DNA from: Candidatus Saccharimonadales bacterium | GTDB lineage: Bacteria; Patescibacteriota; Saccharimonadia; Saccharimonadales; JANWIN01 | Assembly: GCA_038231155.1 (NCBI GenBank) | Contig: JBBRLY010000009.1 | Coordinates: 1-51,610 of the forward strand | Direction of reading: 5' to 3' | Length of the DNA stretch: 51,610 nucleotides | In this document: piece by piece, positions 1 through 9,602 of the stretch | Numbering within the stretch: position 1 is the stretch's first letter | How the letters are laid out: each line of letters opens with the position of its first letter | Made by a program: the position numbers and the translations under genes | The notes under the pieces: generated by a model | What the model was told of the DNA's origin: nothing | The model's database searches: none | The model's input: the letters and a program-made list of their open reading frames with translations, nothing else

Positions 1-651
1 ACTTTGATGCAAGGTCAACTTGACCCGGCCTCTACACCGCCGCCGCCAGCTGACCCCCCATTTTCACTTCCGGGTAAGTCTGATGCTGATACCTGGTGGG
101 CCAATAATGGTCCCGATCCAAGCAATTATTATCGTGATCATATTAAAATACCACCCAAAGATACCACTCCACCAACTATACCTACTGGCTTAAAAGCAGT
201 TGCAGTATCTGACACTTCGGTTAAATTAACTTGGATTGCCTCAACAGATAATGTTAAGGTGAGCTACTATATAATTTGGCGTGCAGTTGGAAGCGATCCA
301 AATAGAATGCTGTTTTTAGGCACGTCTAAAACCACCAAGTACATTGATAGGTCGGTGATTAGTAATACAAGTTATACGTATGCTGTTAATGCAGTTGACA
401 CCGCCGGACCAATGATTGGTGAAGGTAATGGGTCAGCTAGATCATTGCCAGTGACAGTAAAAACTTCAAAACCAACAACATTTAGACCAACAGATATTAA
501 TCAAGATGGCAAGGTTGACCAATTGGATTTCAGCCTAGTCGTAAGCAGTTTTGGCAAAACCGGTAAAAGCTTAGGGCGCGTAGATGTCAATCAAGACGGT
601 ATTGTTAATGAGCTTGACTTCAGTCTAGTGATACAGGACTTTGGCAAATGA
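1..651 (+). CDS. C-terminal part of a surface protein with a fibronectin type III domain and a dockerin-like duplicated repeat; 5' end probably outside the window
   Basis: Frame is open to the window edge. FN3 signature DTTPPTIPTGL...LTWIASTDNVKVSYYIIWR...YTYAVNAVD, then two EF-hand-like repeats DINQDGKVDQLDFSLV and DVNQDGIVNELDFSLV. Confidence 0.8.
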   Translation, partial: TLMQGQLDPASTPPPPADPPFSLPGKSDADTWWANNGPDPSNYYRDHIKIPPKDTTPPTIPTGLKAVAVSDTSVKLTWIASTDNVKVSYYIIWRAVGSDPNRMLFLGTSKTTKYIDRSVISNTSYTYAVNAVDTAGPMIGEGNGSARSLPVTVKTSKPTTFRPTDINQDGKVDQLDFSLVVSSFGKTGKSLGRVDVNQDGIVNELDFSLVIQDFGK

Positions 652-1751
652 AATATTCCAGCCATTATCAACTCATCAAACGTCTATCTGCAGTGAGCGG
701 CAGTCTTGTAATCATATTAACTATATTAATTGGGTTAATCCCTGGTGTTAAGGCTGATTCGGCAATTGCTACCAATCCAGCAACTTTTCATTTAAATCCA
801 GGTAGTCTTTCGCTTCAGACCGGTCAACAATTCAAAGTAGATATCAAACTAGATAGCAGTGGTTACGCTGTAGATTCTACCCGTGCGGAGTTAGGCTACG
901 ATTCCAACGTACTTCAATATGTCTCTACAGATGTTTCGCATAGTGTCTTCCCCGTCCAACTGGAGGCTGCTTCGGGCGGAGTTGGTTCAACCAGTTTAGT
1001 GCGTGGCACAACTTCCCCGGTGAGTGGCGACGTACTGGTAGCAACACTTAGTTTCAAAGCCCTAACGCCGGTGACTGATACGATTGTTTATTTTAAAAAT
1101 ACTTCAAAGGCTACAAGTCAGGGAGCATATATCGATCTGCTGACCACTGGTGCAACCTATACATTTACTGATGCAACGCCTGGAAGCACAACACCTGACC
1201 CTCCCGCCAATACTAGTACAGGAAGCACAACTGGCTCATCTCAAACAAAATCCTCCTCAGTAACACCTAAACCGACTAAAATAGTACCTATTACTAATTC
1301 AACCGGTATAAATAATTCGACATTGACACCCACAGCTACTCAATCAAATGGTTCAAGTAAAGTAGCTTCTGATAATACTACGAATAATAGGTACGATGCT
1401 ATGTCAATTATTAGAGAAAAAGTCAACCATCTTCCTTTTAGCAGTTTTTTTGCTAAAAAGCGAAATCTATTCATCGTAATAGGCACTGCAATTGCCTTGA
1501 TTTTCGCGATCATTTATATCTCTGCAACGTCAATACATCACCGTGCGCTGCGCCGAGCTAAGCAGACGCAAACTTCTAAACCAACTGACACTGGGCAACC
1601 GGCGGTAAATATCCAACAACCTCAGTCCGCCAACCCTCAAAATAACGCAGCACCGAATGTAAAGCCACCAGACAGTGTACCTATAACTGTTAACCAGCCT
1701 GGTGAAGTTGTATCACCCCAATCAGATGTAAATAAATATCCAAAAGTTTAA
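648..1751 (+). CDS. Cohesin-domain membrane-anchored protein (signal peptide, cohesin, Ser/Thr-rich linker, TM helix, Pro/Gln-rich tail)
   Basis: GQQFKVDI...AELGYDSNVLQYV...LVATLSFKA cohesin-like pattern; hydrophobic IVIGTAIALIFAIIYI helix; ATGA overlap with the upstream stop. Confidence 0.75.
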   Translation: MKYSSHYQLIKRLSAVSGSLVIILTILIGLIPGVKADSAIATNPATFHLNPGSLSLQTGQQFKVDIKLDSSGYAVDSTRAELGYDSNVLQYVSTDVSHSVFPVQLEAASGGVGSTSLVRGTTSPVSGDVLVATLSFKALTPVTDTIVYFKNTSKATSQGAYIDLLTTGATYTFTDATPGSTTPDPPANTSTGSTTGSSQTKSSSVTPKPTKIVPITNSTGINNSTLTPTATQSNGSSKVASDNTTNNRYDAMSIIREKVNHLPFSSFFAKKRNLFIVIGTAIALIFAIIYISATSIHHRALRRAKQTQTSKPTDTGQPAVNIQQPQSANPQNNAAPNVKPPDSVPITVNQPGEVVSPQSDVNKYPKV

Positions 1752-1897
1752 TAATTTTTGATAAATAAGTAATATATTCTGCGATAATTACGCTCATATT
1801 TTCCTCCAAACCTCAATAGTCTTTTTGAGTATTATAATATCTAAAGTTAGCTATCAAACAGTTCAAAATGTAAGCTCGGGGTTTATAGTTTATCTAA

Positions 1898-2953
1898 CTA
1901 AACAGTGTAAATTACCGGTTCTAGAGTATCTATCAGTAGATCATCAAGTACTTCCGTTTTTTGGAGTTGCCTGGATAAACCTAAGTTGATAATATGCATA
2001 ATCATCGACTCGTAGTCCATATTCTGATTTATTTTACAAGCGCTAGTAAAGTAGCTTGTGAAATCGTGATTGGCAACACCTGGAATTAAATTTGCTTCCA
2101 AGAAGTATAACCTGTCATGCTCATCCATTCTAATATCAATGCGTCCGTAATCTCTGGCACCTAATGCTTTATAAGCAGCTTTAGCAAAATCTATAATTTC
2201 ATTTCGCACTGGTCCAGGACTTACAGGTCTTACCTGTTCGCTATCTTCCGTTTTAATCTTGCTACTTAATACTCGGTCTCCTAAGTCATTTGGCTGAGTA
2301 AGAAGTTCAATTGGCATTGCAATTGGACTGTCTTGATACTTAGAATCAAGTAATGCGACACTAAACTCACGCCCCATTAAGTACTTTTCAACTAGTGCAA
2401 CCGTTCCATAGTTCTGTTCAATCTTCAAGACCTTACGTTCATAAGACATGAAATCTCTGACGATTGAATCATCATCAATTCCTTTGCCTCCACCTAGCTT
2501 AGGTGGCTTGATAAATAACGGGAATTTCAATGGTAAGGCGCCGGCACTCCGATATTGACCTGGCTGAGCAGTAAAATATGGAGCGGTCAATATTCCAGCA
2601 TCAGTTATTATTTTTTTGGCAGCTACTTTATTATGATCTAAAGTCATCGCCAGTTTATTAGAGCCAGTGTAGTTTATTTGATTATCATCTAAATACTCGG
2701 CTATCCATATATTACTATGACGTTTAGAATGGTCGTTCGATCCAGGTATATTTTTGAATCCCACAAATACCAAATCGGGCTTTTTAGCAACTAAAGCCGC
2801 TAGATCATGTTTACTATTTACTTGGCTAATACCAACTTCTTGAAAGTGGTTTTGGAGCAGCTGGCAGATCATTTCACATGACTTCAACCCCATAGACGAT
2901 AAGCCTGAGGTTGATGTACGCAGTATTTCAATATGTTTATTAATTTTTGTCAT
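1898..2953 (-). CDS. ddl: D-alanine--D-alanine ligase family ATP-grasp protein (atypical)
   Basis: YTGS..LAMTLDHNKVAAK, FPLFIKP...GGGKGI, LVEKYLMGREFSV, RDYGRIDIRMD, YFLEANLIPG motifs. Confidence 0.7.
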   Translation of the reverse strand: MTKINKHIEILRTSTSGLSSMGLKSCEMICQLLQNHFQEVGISQVNSKHDLAALVAKKPDLVFVGFKNIPGSNDHSKRHSNIWIAEYLDDNQINYTGSNKLAMTLDHNKVAAKKIITDAGILTAPYFTAQPGQYRSAGALPLKFPLFIKPPKLGGGKGIDDDSIVRDFMSYERKVLKIEQNYGTVALVEKYLMGREFSVALLDSKYQDSPIAMPIELLTQPNDLGDRVLSSKIKTEDSEQVRPVSPGPVRNEIIDFAKAAYKALGARDYGRIDIRMDEHDRLYFLEANLIPGVANHDFTSYFTSACKINQNMDYESMIMHIINLGLSRQLQKTEVLDDLLIDTLEPVIYTV

Positions 2954-3012
2954 ACAAATATTCTCAATACCAACTGACGGTTGGTTCCAAATAAACCCTT
3001 AATATTTACTAG

Positions 3013-3300
3013 TTAATAGCTTCTACGAAAACTGCCGGCTGGACGGCGTTCTTCTTGGGGACGAGCTTGATTGACTACAATTGCTCGACCTTCGATTTCT
3101 TTGCCGTTTAGTTCTTTAACTGCTGTCTGGCCTTCTTTTATCTCAGCCATCTCAACAAAGCCAAAGCCTTTTGACTGGCCGGTACCTCGATCTTTTATAA
3201 CAACTGCACTTACAACTTTACCTTGTGGAGCAAATAGCTCTTCCAGTTCTTTATCTGAAATACTGTAGGCTAGACCGCCTACATAAAGTTTCATTGACAT
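3013..3300 (-). CDS. Single-RRM RNA-binding protein
   Basis: RNP2 LYVGGL and RNP1 KGFGFVEM; IVVNQARPQEER tail. Confidence 0.95.
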   Translation of the reverse strand: MSMKLYVGGLAYSISDKELEELFAPQGKVVSAVVIKDRGTGQSKGFGFVEMAEIKEGQTAVKELNGKEIEGRAIVVNQARPQEERRPAGSFRRSY

Positions 3301-3521
3301 TTTTAAATCCTTCTTTTTAGCTTATATCGCTAGCGTTTAGTATCTTCCAACCGCAACGATATTCAGTCTCAAAGGACTAGTTATTATAACGGGCAGGTTC
3401 TATATTAACCACTTGCTTGGATTAATTATAACATAGAATGTCTGAATATGATACTGCTTAACAATGTTAGTGTTTTTATTTACAAAATAAAATCATTATT
3501 TACAATAAGATTTTAATACCT

Positions 3522-5066
3522 TTAAAAATCTAAACTATTTTGCCAATTTGGTACATAGTGTGTAGCCGGTATAATTGGTTTAAGCAGTCGTTTGGCGGTC
3601 TTATTCATATTAATTGCCGATTGGTTGCCTTGCCAATACCAAGCATCATCACTGTGTACAATGAAAGCTACTACTCCACCCCCCATTAAGAAAGCAAGTA
3701 CCAATAGTGAAATCAACCCCGTTTTAAGTTGCGGCTTGGTTTTAAGCCAAACTTCTAGGCCCAGTAGGAAAATTAAATAAATAAACGGCAAAAATGGCAC
3801 TAAATATCTACCTTGGACTGCAACTCTGCGGCCGGTGTGCAAATATTCAGTATAGTTAACTATCCAGAGACTCAATAGGTAAAGCAGCATCGATAGCAAA
3901 ATTAATCGTCTACTAGTCGAGTTAAATATCCGGCGTCTATAAGCTAGTATTAGGCCGAGGCCAGAAGTTGCCAGAACAATCGATGCGATGTACGGCACTA
4001 AAAGAGGTAAACCTATGGAGTAACCACTAGCTGGTCCGTTAATTGTCATCATCAAATTGTATTGCATGTGTTTGATCCATACTGCAGTAAAATATAGTGG
4101 AGATTTATTGAATGATAAAGGCTTGTTTTGAATATTATAAATATTTCTTTGATAAATGCTGTACCCCTGACAAGACTTCGCACCAATAACATCAACGCAG
4201 CTTGGTGTGGGTGTACGATATCTAATTATATTTAAGCCATAACGTTCAAAAAACAACCCAAAACTTACTATCAATAGGCCGATTAATAGGATCTTTAAAC
4301 CAATTGTCCAATTAGCTAATTCAGATTTGGCTTGCTCAAAATATCCTAAAGCACGACTCTTAGGACGCAAGAACTGTACTACCAAGAACAAAATCATGAC
4401 TGTAAAAATCGGTAGAAAGGTATACTTAACTAAGCAGGTTAAAAATCCAAAAGCCAAAAATAACAATGATTTTTTAAGATTAACTTTGCCTAATTTAAGT
4501 TGTTTTAGGATATCAATAGATAAAATAAATTCCAGAACTAAAAATGGTATAAACAAGTTGTCATAATTAATTTGAGCGGCTAATTGGGGAACTATTGGAG
4601 TTAAAATAATTAGCAATAAACTGACATGGATCAACTTTATATTATCGGTAATTCTTCTTAGTAGTTTTCTAAATAAGATAATGCCCCAAGTAAATAGCCC
4701 AACATTAATCAGGCGCATTATTATAACTTGAATTGTAAAACTTTTGACAGCAAATATTATTAATAACCAAGGAAATGCCATCAAGTATCTATATAAATAT
4801 GATGAGTCGTAGACAACCGCACCGTATTGATTAAGACTCGCTGGTTGATGTGTGAAAAAGGGATTGGGATGATGAGCAAAAAAATTAATGATGCTGAGAT
4901 GCGTTTCTTCGTCAAAGGCACCCGGATAAATGCTACTCAAAGCAATCCAGACGGCCTGTAGAATAAAGACAGCAATAATTAATCTAAAAAACCAGTCAGA
5001 ACTCAAAAAATTAGCAAGGCTTTTAAGCCAAGACTTAAGCTTGTTTTTTTTATGGTTATTGGCCAC
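3522..5066 (-). CDS. Polytopic membrane protein, probable GT-C fold glycosyltransferase (PMT/ArnT-like)
   Basis: About 12 hydrophobic segments; DE motif after TM1 (GAFDEETH), INYDNL, and QGRYLVP near the C-terminus. Confidence 0.6.
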   Translation of the reverse strand: MANNHKKNKLKSWLKSLANFLSSDWFFRLIIAVFILQAVWIALSSIYPGAFDEETHLSIINFFAHHPNPFFTHQPASLNQYGAVVYDSSYLYRYLMAFPWLLIIFAVKSFTIQVIIMRLINVGLFTWGIILFRKLLRRITDNIKLIHVSLLLIILTPIVPQLAAQINYDNLFIPFLVLEFILSIDILKQLKLGKVNLKKSLLFLAFGFLTCLVKYTFLPIFTVMILFLVVQFLRPKSRALGYFEQAKSELANWTIGLKILLIGLLIVSFGLFFERYGLNIIRYRTPTPSCVDVIGAKSCQGYSIYQRNIYNIQNKPLSFNKSPLYFTAVWIKHMQYNLMMTINGPASGYSIGLPLLVPYIASIVLATSGLGLILAYRRRIFNSTSRRLILLSMLLYLLSLWIVNYTEYLHTGRRVAVQGRYLVPFLPFIYLIFLLGLEVWLKTKPQLKTGLISLLVLAFLMGGGVVAFIVHSDDAWYWQGNQSAINMNKTAKRLLKPIIPATHYVPNWQNSLDF

Positions 5067-5097
5067 GATTAAACAATTATATCAGGCAATATACTAT

Positions 5098-6504
5098 TTA
5101 ACGCTTAATGTGGCTTAAGATACTGAGAACTGCCGATATAGTCCAGGCTTGGCCTAATTCAGGCATTGCTAAATGTTCACCTAGTCCGCTATTTTTAAAA
5201 TACTCGGCAGCTTGGTCACGATCATACCAAATCTTACCATCATCATTGACATAGAAGAATTCATAGAACTCACCAGCATGCCTCACACTATCTAAAATTT
5301 GTGATTCCAGTTGCCCGGCTAACTGAGAATTTCCGTTACGTCTCATACCTCGAGCAATGGCAAAGGTTTCTTTAGGCCAAACTGTATAGCTGCCGTGATA
5401 ATCAACAAAGCCAGGCATTTGTTTATTGCTTAGGGCTCTAGACCGGATTCCAGCAGTGGTCATAAATTCTTTACTTACAATCATAGCCGTTACACCCTCA
5501 ATAATGCTTTGTTTTTGATTAGCGGCTAATTGACTGAAGATGTCACTATCTAAAATTAAGGCTCCGTTTGACGTTAGGGTTTCAATCCGCCGGGTTTGGC
5601 CATCTTCACCACGATCTAAGCCCTGGGCAAAAAACTTTTGATCATTAAGCCATAGTCGTTCTAAGGTCTGGGTACTTAATTGTTCAGCTAAGTCTTGCCA
5701 GTCCTTTTTTTGGGCTTGGTTATCGGCAACCAGTTTTGTAGCTGTCAGAAGCGCGTCATAGGCATAACCTTGTAATTCAGCTGAGGCTATGCCATCGTCG
5801 TAATTAGCAGCTTCTCCGCTTGTATGAATGTATGAAGTTGACGAGTCTTTCCAAACTTGATTGGCCAATCCATCTTTTTGGTTTAGGCGTTTATATTCTA
5901 ATAAACCCCAAGACGAAGAATCAAGTTTTTTAATTATCCAGTTAGTTGCGGCTTTTAGACTGTCGATAATCCGTTCTTGAGTACCATGTGTAGTATAAGT
6001 CTCACTTAATATATCCGGACCGTACTCATCAACATAAGCACCGACAAGTCGCACATATAGTGGCGTGGCGTCATAACTGCCGTAATAACACATGCTGTCT
6101 GTACCACTGCCGCCCCAAACAGCTTGTAATTTGGTCATTATATTTAGCGATACTTCTGGAATAGGCTCGTCTAGAAAAATTCTAGTCCGATACTCATGAT
6201 GGATCTTACCTGGCTCTTCTTCACTTTTGAGATCGACTTTAACTCCTTGTAGTCGAGCAAGAGTCATAATAATAGTATGTACTAATTCCTGATGAGTTCC
6301 CAGTAAATCTTCGGCCACTTGTAAGGAATCACGTCCGAATATAGCGTAATCAAAATGTACACCTAAACTGGCATAAACGCCTAGCGGACCAGCACTGACT
6401 AGTCCAATGTAATTTGTCTGGTTCTGTCCAGCAATTAAATCCTTGAGTAACTGTTGTCGCTGAATTTTGGGCATACTCAGCCACATCTGGGCATTAATAT
6501 CCAT
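5098..6504 (-). CDS. Amylo-alpha-1,6-glucosidase / glycogen-debranching-like (alpha/alpha)6 glycoside hydrolase
   Basis: FGRDSL, EEPGKIHHEYR, YGSYDATPLY, GLANQVWKDS, ELQGYAYDAL and YHGSYTVWP motifs. Confidence 0.85.
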   Translation of the reverse strand: MDINAQMWLSMPKIQRQQLLKDLIAGQNQTNYIGLVSAGPLGVYASLGVHFDYAIFGRDSLQVAEDLLGTHQELVHTIIMTLARLQGVKVDLKSEEEPGKIHHEYRTRIFLDEPIPEVSLNIMTKLQAVWGGSGTDSMCYYGSYDATPLYVRLVGAYVDEYGPDILSETYTTHGTQERIIDSLKAATNWIIKKLDSSSWGLLEYKRLNQKDGLANQVWKDSSTSYIHTSGEAANYDDGIASAELQGYAYDALLTATKLVADNQAQKKDWQDLAEQLSTQTLERLWLNDQKFFAQGLDRGEDGQTRRIETLTSNGALILDSDIFSQLAANQKQSIIEGVTAMIVSKEFMTTAGIRSRALSNKQMPGFVDYHGSYTVWPKETFAIARGMRRNGNSQLAGQLESQILDSVRHAGEFYEFFYVNDDGKIWYDRDQAAEYFKNSGLGEHLAMPELGQAWTISAVLSILSHIKR

Positions 6505-6547
6505 TGCTTTTATCCTATACCATTAGCTCCTTAGGCTAAAATAGTTA

Positions 6548-7597
6548 TTATAATTTAACTATTCGTCCGTAGGCTTTTAGATAGCCCTCTGCCATACCTC
6601 GTGCCGAAAAATGTTTTTCGACATGGTGGCGGCAGGTCTCACGTTTGATCCGATCTATTATCTGTACTCTTTTAATCATTTGGTCAACATTACTGCATAA
6701 ATAACCGGTTTTCCCATCGACAATAATTTCTGATAGCGATCCGCGTTTTATACCGATAACTGGAGTTCCGCATGCCATTGACTCAATATTAGTAATGCCG
6801 AACGGCTCATCCCATTGAATCGGTGACAACATTGCTTTGGCGTTTTTCAATAAACTTACTTTCTTTTTATGGTCGACTTCCCCAATAAAAACAATTTGTT
6901 TACCGTCAATTAACGGTTTTATCTCATTTTCAAAATAATGCTGTTCTAGTGAATCAAGTTTAGCGGCTATTATAAGTTTATGGTTGGACTTTTTGGCAAT
7001 CTCGATGGCATATTCTAATCCCTTGTGAGGATGGATGCGACCTAAAAAGGCAAGATAGTCTTGGGGGTTTGGGTTAAATTTAAAGCGCTCTGGTTGAATA
7101 CCGTTATAAACAGTTGCTACATAATGTAGTTTAGCTCCGTGCCGTCGTTGTGATTTACTTATACTTACAAAAGGTTCGTTTTTAAACACCCCGTGCATAT
7201 GTTGTTCTGTTGGTTCAGATAAATTACCATGCAAAGTGGTTATAATTGGAGCTTTTATCAAGTCCTTAAATAACAGCAGTTTCCAACCAAAATGATTGTG
7301 GACAATATCATAGTTACCTGTACCTAAGGTTTTAACTGCTTGGGCTAGACCCTGCAAGTTAAGTGCTGATCTGAGATCTGGATTTTTGGCTTCTGGAAGC
7401 ATCCGAACGGCTTTAGTAACACATGGGATTAACTTAGCAGAAGTTTTTGAATCACCGCTAGCTAGCAGCGTAACGTCGTAGCCCATATTTACAAGCTCTT
7501 CAGCTAAATTAAACACAACTCTTTCAGTACCTCCATAAGTCCTTGGCGGTACTGGTTCTTCAAAAGGCGCGACTAACGCAATTTTAAGCATATACAA
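6548..7597 (-). CDS. Glycosyltransferase family 4 (start may be 7591)
   Basis: KIALVAP..EPVPP..YGGTERVV, FLGRIHPHKG, EPFGITNIESMACGTPVI. Confidence 0.92.
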   Translation of the reverse strand: MYMLKIALVAPFEEPVPPRTYGGTERVVFNLAEELVNMGYDVTLLASGDSKTSAKLIPCVTKAVRMLPEAKNPDLRSALNLQGLAQAVKTLGTGNYDIVHNHFGWKLLLFKDLIKAPIITTLHGNLSEPTEQHMHGVFKNEPFVSISKSQRRHGAKLHYVATVYNGIQPERFKFNPNPQDYLAFLGRIHPHKGLEYAIEIAKKSNHKLIIAAKLDSLEQHYFENEIKPLIDGKQIVFIGEVDHKKKVSLLKNAKAMLSPIQWDEPFGITNIESMACGTPVIGIKRGSLSEIIVDGKTGYLCSNVDQMIKRVQIIDRIKRETCRHHVEKHFSARGMAEGYLKAYGRIVKL

Positions 7598-7763
7598 GCT
7601 AAAGCTTTAAAGACTCTAATTTTATCCACCATGTCATACTACTGAATCCTGCCAGAAAATAATTATAGACTAACGACCCCCGTTATGTCCATATTATTAA
7701 GTCAAAATGAATGCAATTATCTGGTGTGGACACTAACATAAGCTTTATGACATACTGTCTGTT

Positions 7764-8768
7764 ATGGCTAACATTGCAATATATGATGCTTCAGTTGAGG
7801 ACGAAAAATTCTTCCGTCAGCGCCTATCTGACCAGCCCCTTGCCTTCACAACTGAACCAATGAGTCTTAGCAACGTTGCTCCGGCAGCCGATATAATATC
7901 GTTGTTTGTTAGCAGCCGATTAACCCGTGAGATTTTAAATAAATTCCCTAATGTTAAGTTAATTGCCACTAGATCAACTGGTTATGATCACGTAGACAGT
8001 GCAGCTGCTAAAGAACGCAATATACTAATCAGTACAGTTCCAACTTATGGTGAACACACAGTTGCTGAGTATACTTTCGGCTTACTGCTTTCTTTAACAC
8101 GCAAGCTACCGGATGCCTTTGATGCTGCTGACAATGGTAATCGCAGCCACGGTCAACTACAAGGAATGGATTTGTTTGGGCGAACTTTGGGCATAATTGG
8201 TTGTGGTCGGATTGGGCGCAACACCGCTAAAATAGCCAAGGGTTTTGGTATGGAGGTTATTGGTTATGACCCGTTTCCCAACCAACAAGCTGCTACTGAA
8301 ATTGGGTTTAGCTATAAATCTTTGGATGAAATTTTAATGACTGCAGATGTTGTTAGTCTGCATGTACCTTATACTCCCGAAAACCATCACTTAATGAATG
8401 TAGATCGGCTGGCACGATTAAAACCTACTGCCATATTAATTAATACCGCACGAGGAGAATTAATTGATACTAAGGCCTTAGTAGAAGCTGTTGGTGGAAA
8501 GCGCCTGGCAGGTGTCGCACTTGATGTCATCGAGAGCGAGCAGTTAATTAGCCCGCTTGAAGAATTAGCTCTTTTGAGAGCAGATAAGGTCGATAGTGAT
8601 TTACTTATGCATAGCGTGGAGATCAACATACTGAGGGAAATGCCCAATGTGTTAGTTACAAGCCATAATGCTTTTAACACAAGAGAAGCTATTGAACGTA
8701 TTAATCAAACTACAGCTGAAAATATTCGAAGCTTCCTAATCGGTCAGCCTAGTAACCTAGCAAAATAG
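7764..8768 (+). CDS. ldhA: D-isomer-specific 2-hydroxyacid dehydrogenase, probable D-lactate dehydrogenase
   Basis: RSTGYDHVD, VPTYGEHTVAE, GIIGCGRIG, INTARG, LDVIE and TSHNAFNT motifs. Confidence 0.8.
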   Translation: MANIAIYDASVEDEKFFRQRLSDQPLAFTTEPMSLSNVAPAADIISLFVSSRLTREILNKFPNVKLIATRSTGYDHVDSAAAKERNILISTVPTYGEHTVAEYTFGLLLSLTRKLPDAFDAADNGNRSHGQLQGMDLFGRTLGIIGCGRIGRNTAKIAKGFGMEVIGYDPFPNQQAATEIGFSYKSLDEILMTADVVSLHVPYTPENHHLMNVDRLARLKPTAILINTARGELIDTKALVEAVGGKRLAGVALDVIESEQLISPLEELALLRADKVDSDLLMHSVEINILREMPNVLVTSHNAFNTREAIERINQTTAENIRSFLIGQPSNLAK

Positions 8769-8780
8769 TTAGTTTAAGAA

Positions 8781-9425
8781 TTAACTTTTAGTTTGACTAC
8801 GGCGCCATTTTTCAATTTCGCCGTGATTGCCGCTTAATAAGACTTCTGGTACTTTTAGGTCTTTAAATTCCTCAGGTCGAGTGTATTGTGGAAATTCTAT
8901 GGTTTTATCGTCTTTTTGAAATGATTCTTTTTCTGCCGAGTTCTCACCTCCAAGAACACCAGGAATTAAGCGCACCACACTATCAATTATTATTAGGGCT
9001 GGCAGCTCTCCACCAGTCAATATGTAATTACCAATACAATACTGCTTGTCTATAAAATCTGTAATGCGCTCATCATAACCTTCATATCGCGGGCATACCA
9101 AAATAAGACCGCTAGACTTAGCTAGGCTTTTAGCATCGGATTGTTTATATAATTTACCTCTAGGTGTAGGCAAAATAACGGTGGCTTTATAATCTTTTTT
9201 CTTAGCTTCGGCAATGGCTGCCACAATTGGTTCAGGTTTTATTAGCATACCATCACCGCCTCCATAAGGAGTATCATCAACTTGCTTACGAGGACCTAGT
9301 CCGAAGTTTCGCAAATTGATATATGAATATTCTACAATACCCTTTTGCTTGGCTTTAAAAAGCATGCTTTGTTCTAGCATTGGTTTAACAATTTCTGGAA
9401 ATAAACTAATTATTTGTATTTTCAT
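8781..9425 (-). CDS. trmD: tRNA (guanine37-N1)-methyltransferase; likely start is the ATG at 9425 rather than 9449
   Basis: VDDTPYGGGDGML, CPRYEGYDER, YILTGGELPA, PQYTRP, LLSGNHGEI. Confidence 0.97.
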   Translation of the reverse strand: MKIQIISLFPEIVKPMLEQSMLFKAKQKGIVEYSYINLRNFGLGPRKQVDDTPYGGGDGMLIKPEPIVAAIAEAKKKDYKATVILPTPRGKLYKQSDAKSLAKSSGLILVCPRYEGYDERITDFIDKQYCIGNYILTGGELPALIIIDSVVRLIPGVLGGENSAEKESFQKDDKTIEFPQYTRPEEFKDLKVPEVLLSGNHGEIEKWRRSQTKS

Positions 9426-9443
9426 AGTAATTAATAGTATCAC

Positions 9444-9597
9444 AAACAAAATAACCCGCTAATCAGCGGGTTACATTGACACATAAAGCTCTCATCTTTA
9501 AGCTTTGGCTTTTAGATGACTCGCAGTGAGCTTTCCCGTATAGAAATTCTCAAGAAACTATAGCGGGTTTAATATTTAACGATCGTCAAAATGACTC
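9444..9597 (-). ncRNA. Candidate ~150-nt structured RNA (sRNA, 6S-like RNA or attenuator) between khpA and trmD
   Basis: Bounded by a sigma70 promoter and a terminator; two long internal hairpins (9535-9567, 9485-9534); no credible ORF. Confidence 0.5.
9452..9473 (-). terminator. Intrinsic terminator upstream of trmD
   Basis: 9-bp stem TAACCCGCT/AGCGGGTTA with a 4-nt loop, followed by TTTTGTTT on the minus strand. Confidence 0.75.
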
Positions 9598-9602
9598 GAA
9601 GC

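Noticed and set aside
1898-8768. ddl-like plus D-lactate dehydrogenase as a VanA/VanH-type cassette
   Set aside because: Opposite strands, about 4.8 kb apart, no vanX or vanRS; D-LDH has an ordinary fermentative explanation.
9481-9530. AAAGATGAGAG resembles the 3' P1 strand of a SAM-I riboswitch ahead of the SAM-using trmD
   Set aside because: Only about 16 nt separate the pairing strands; there is no room for P2-P4 and no conserved core.
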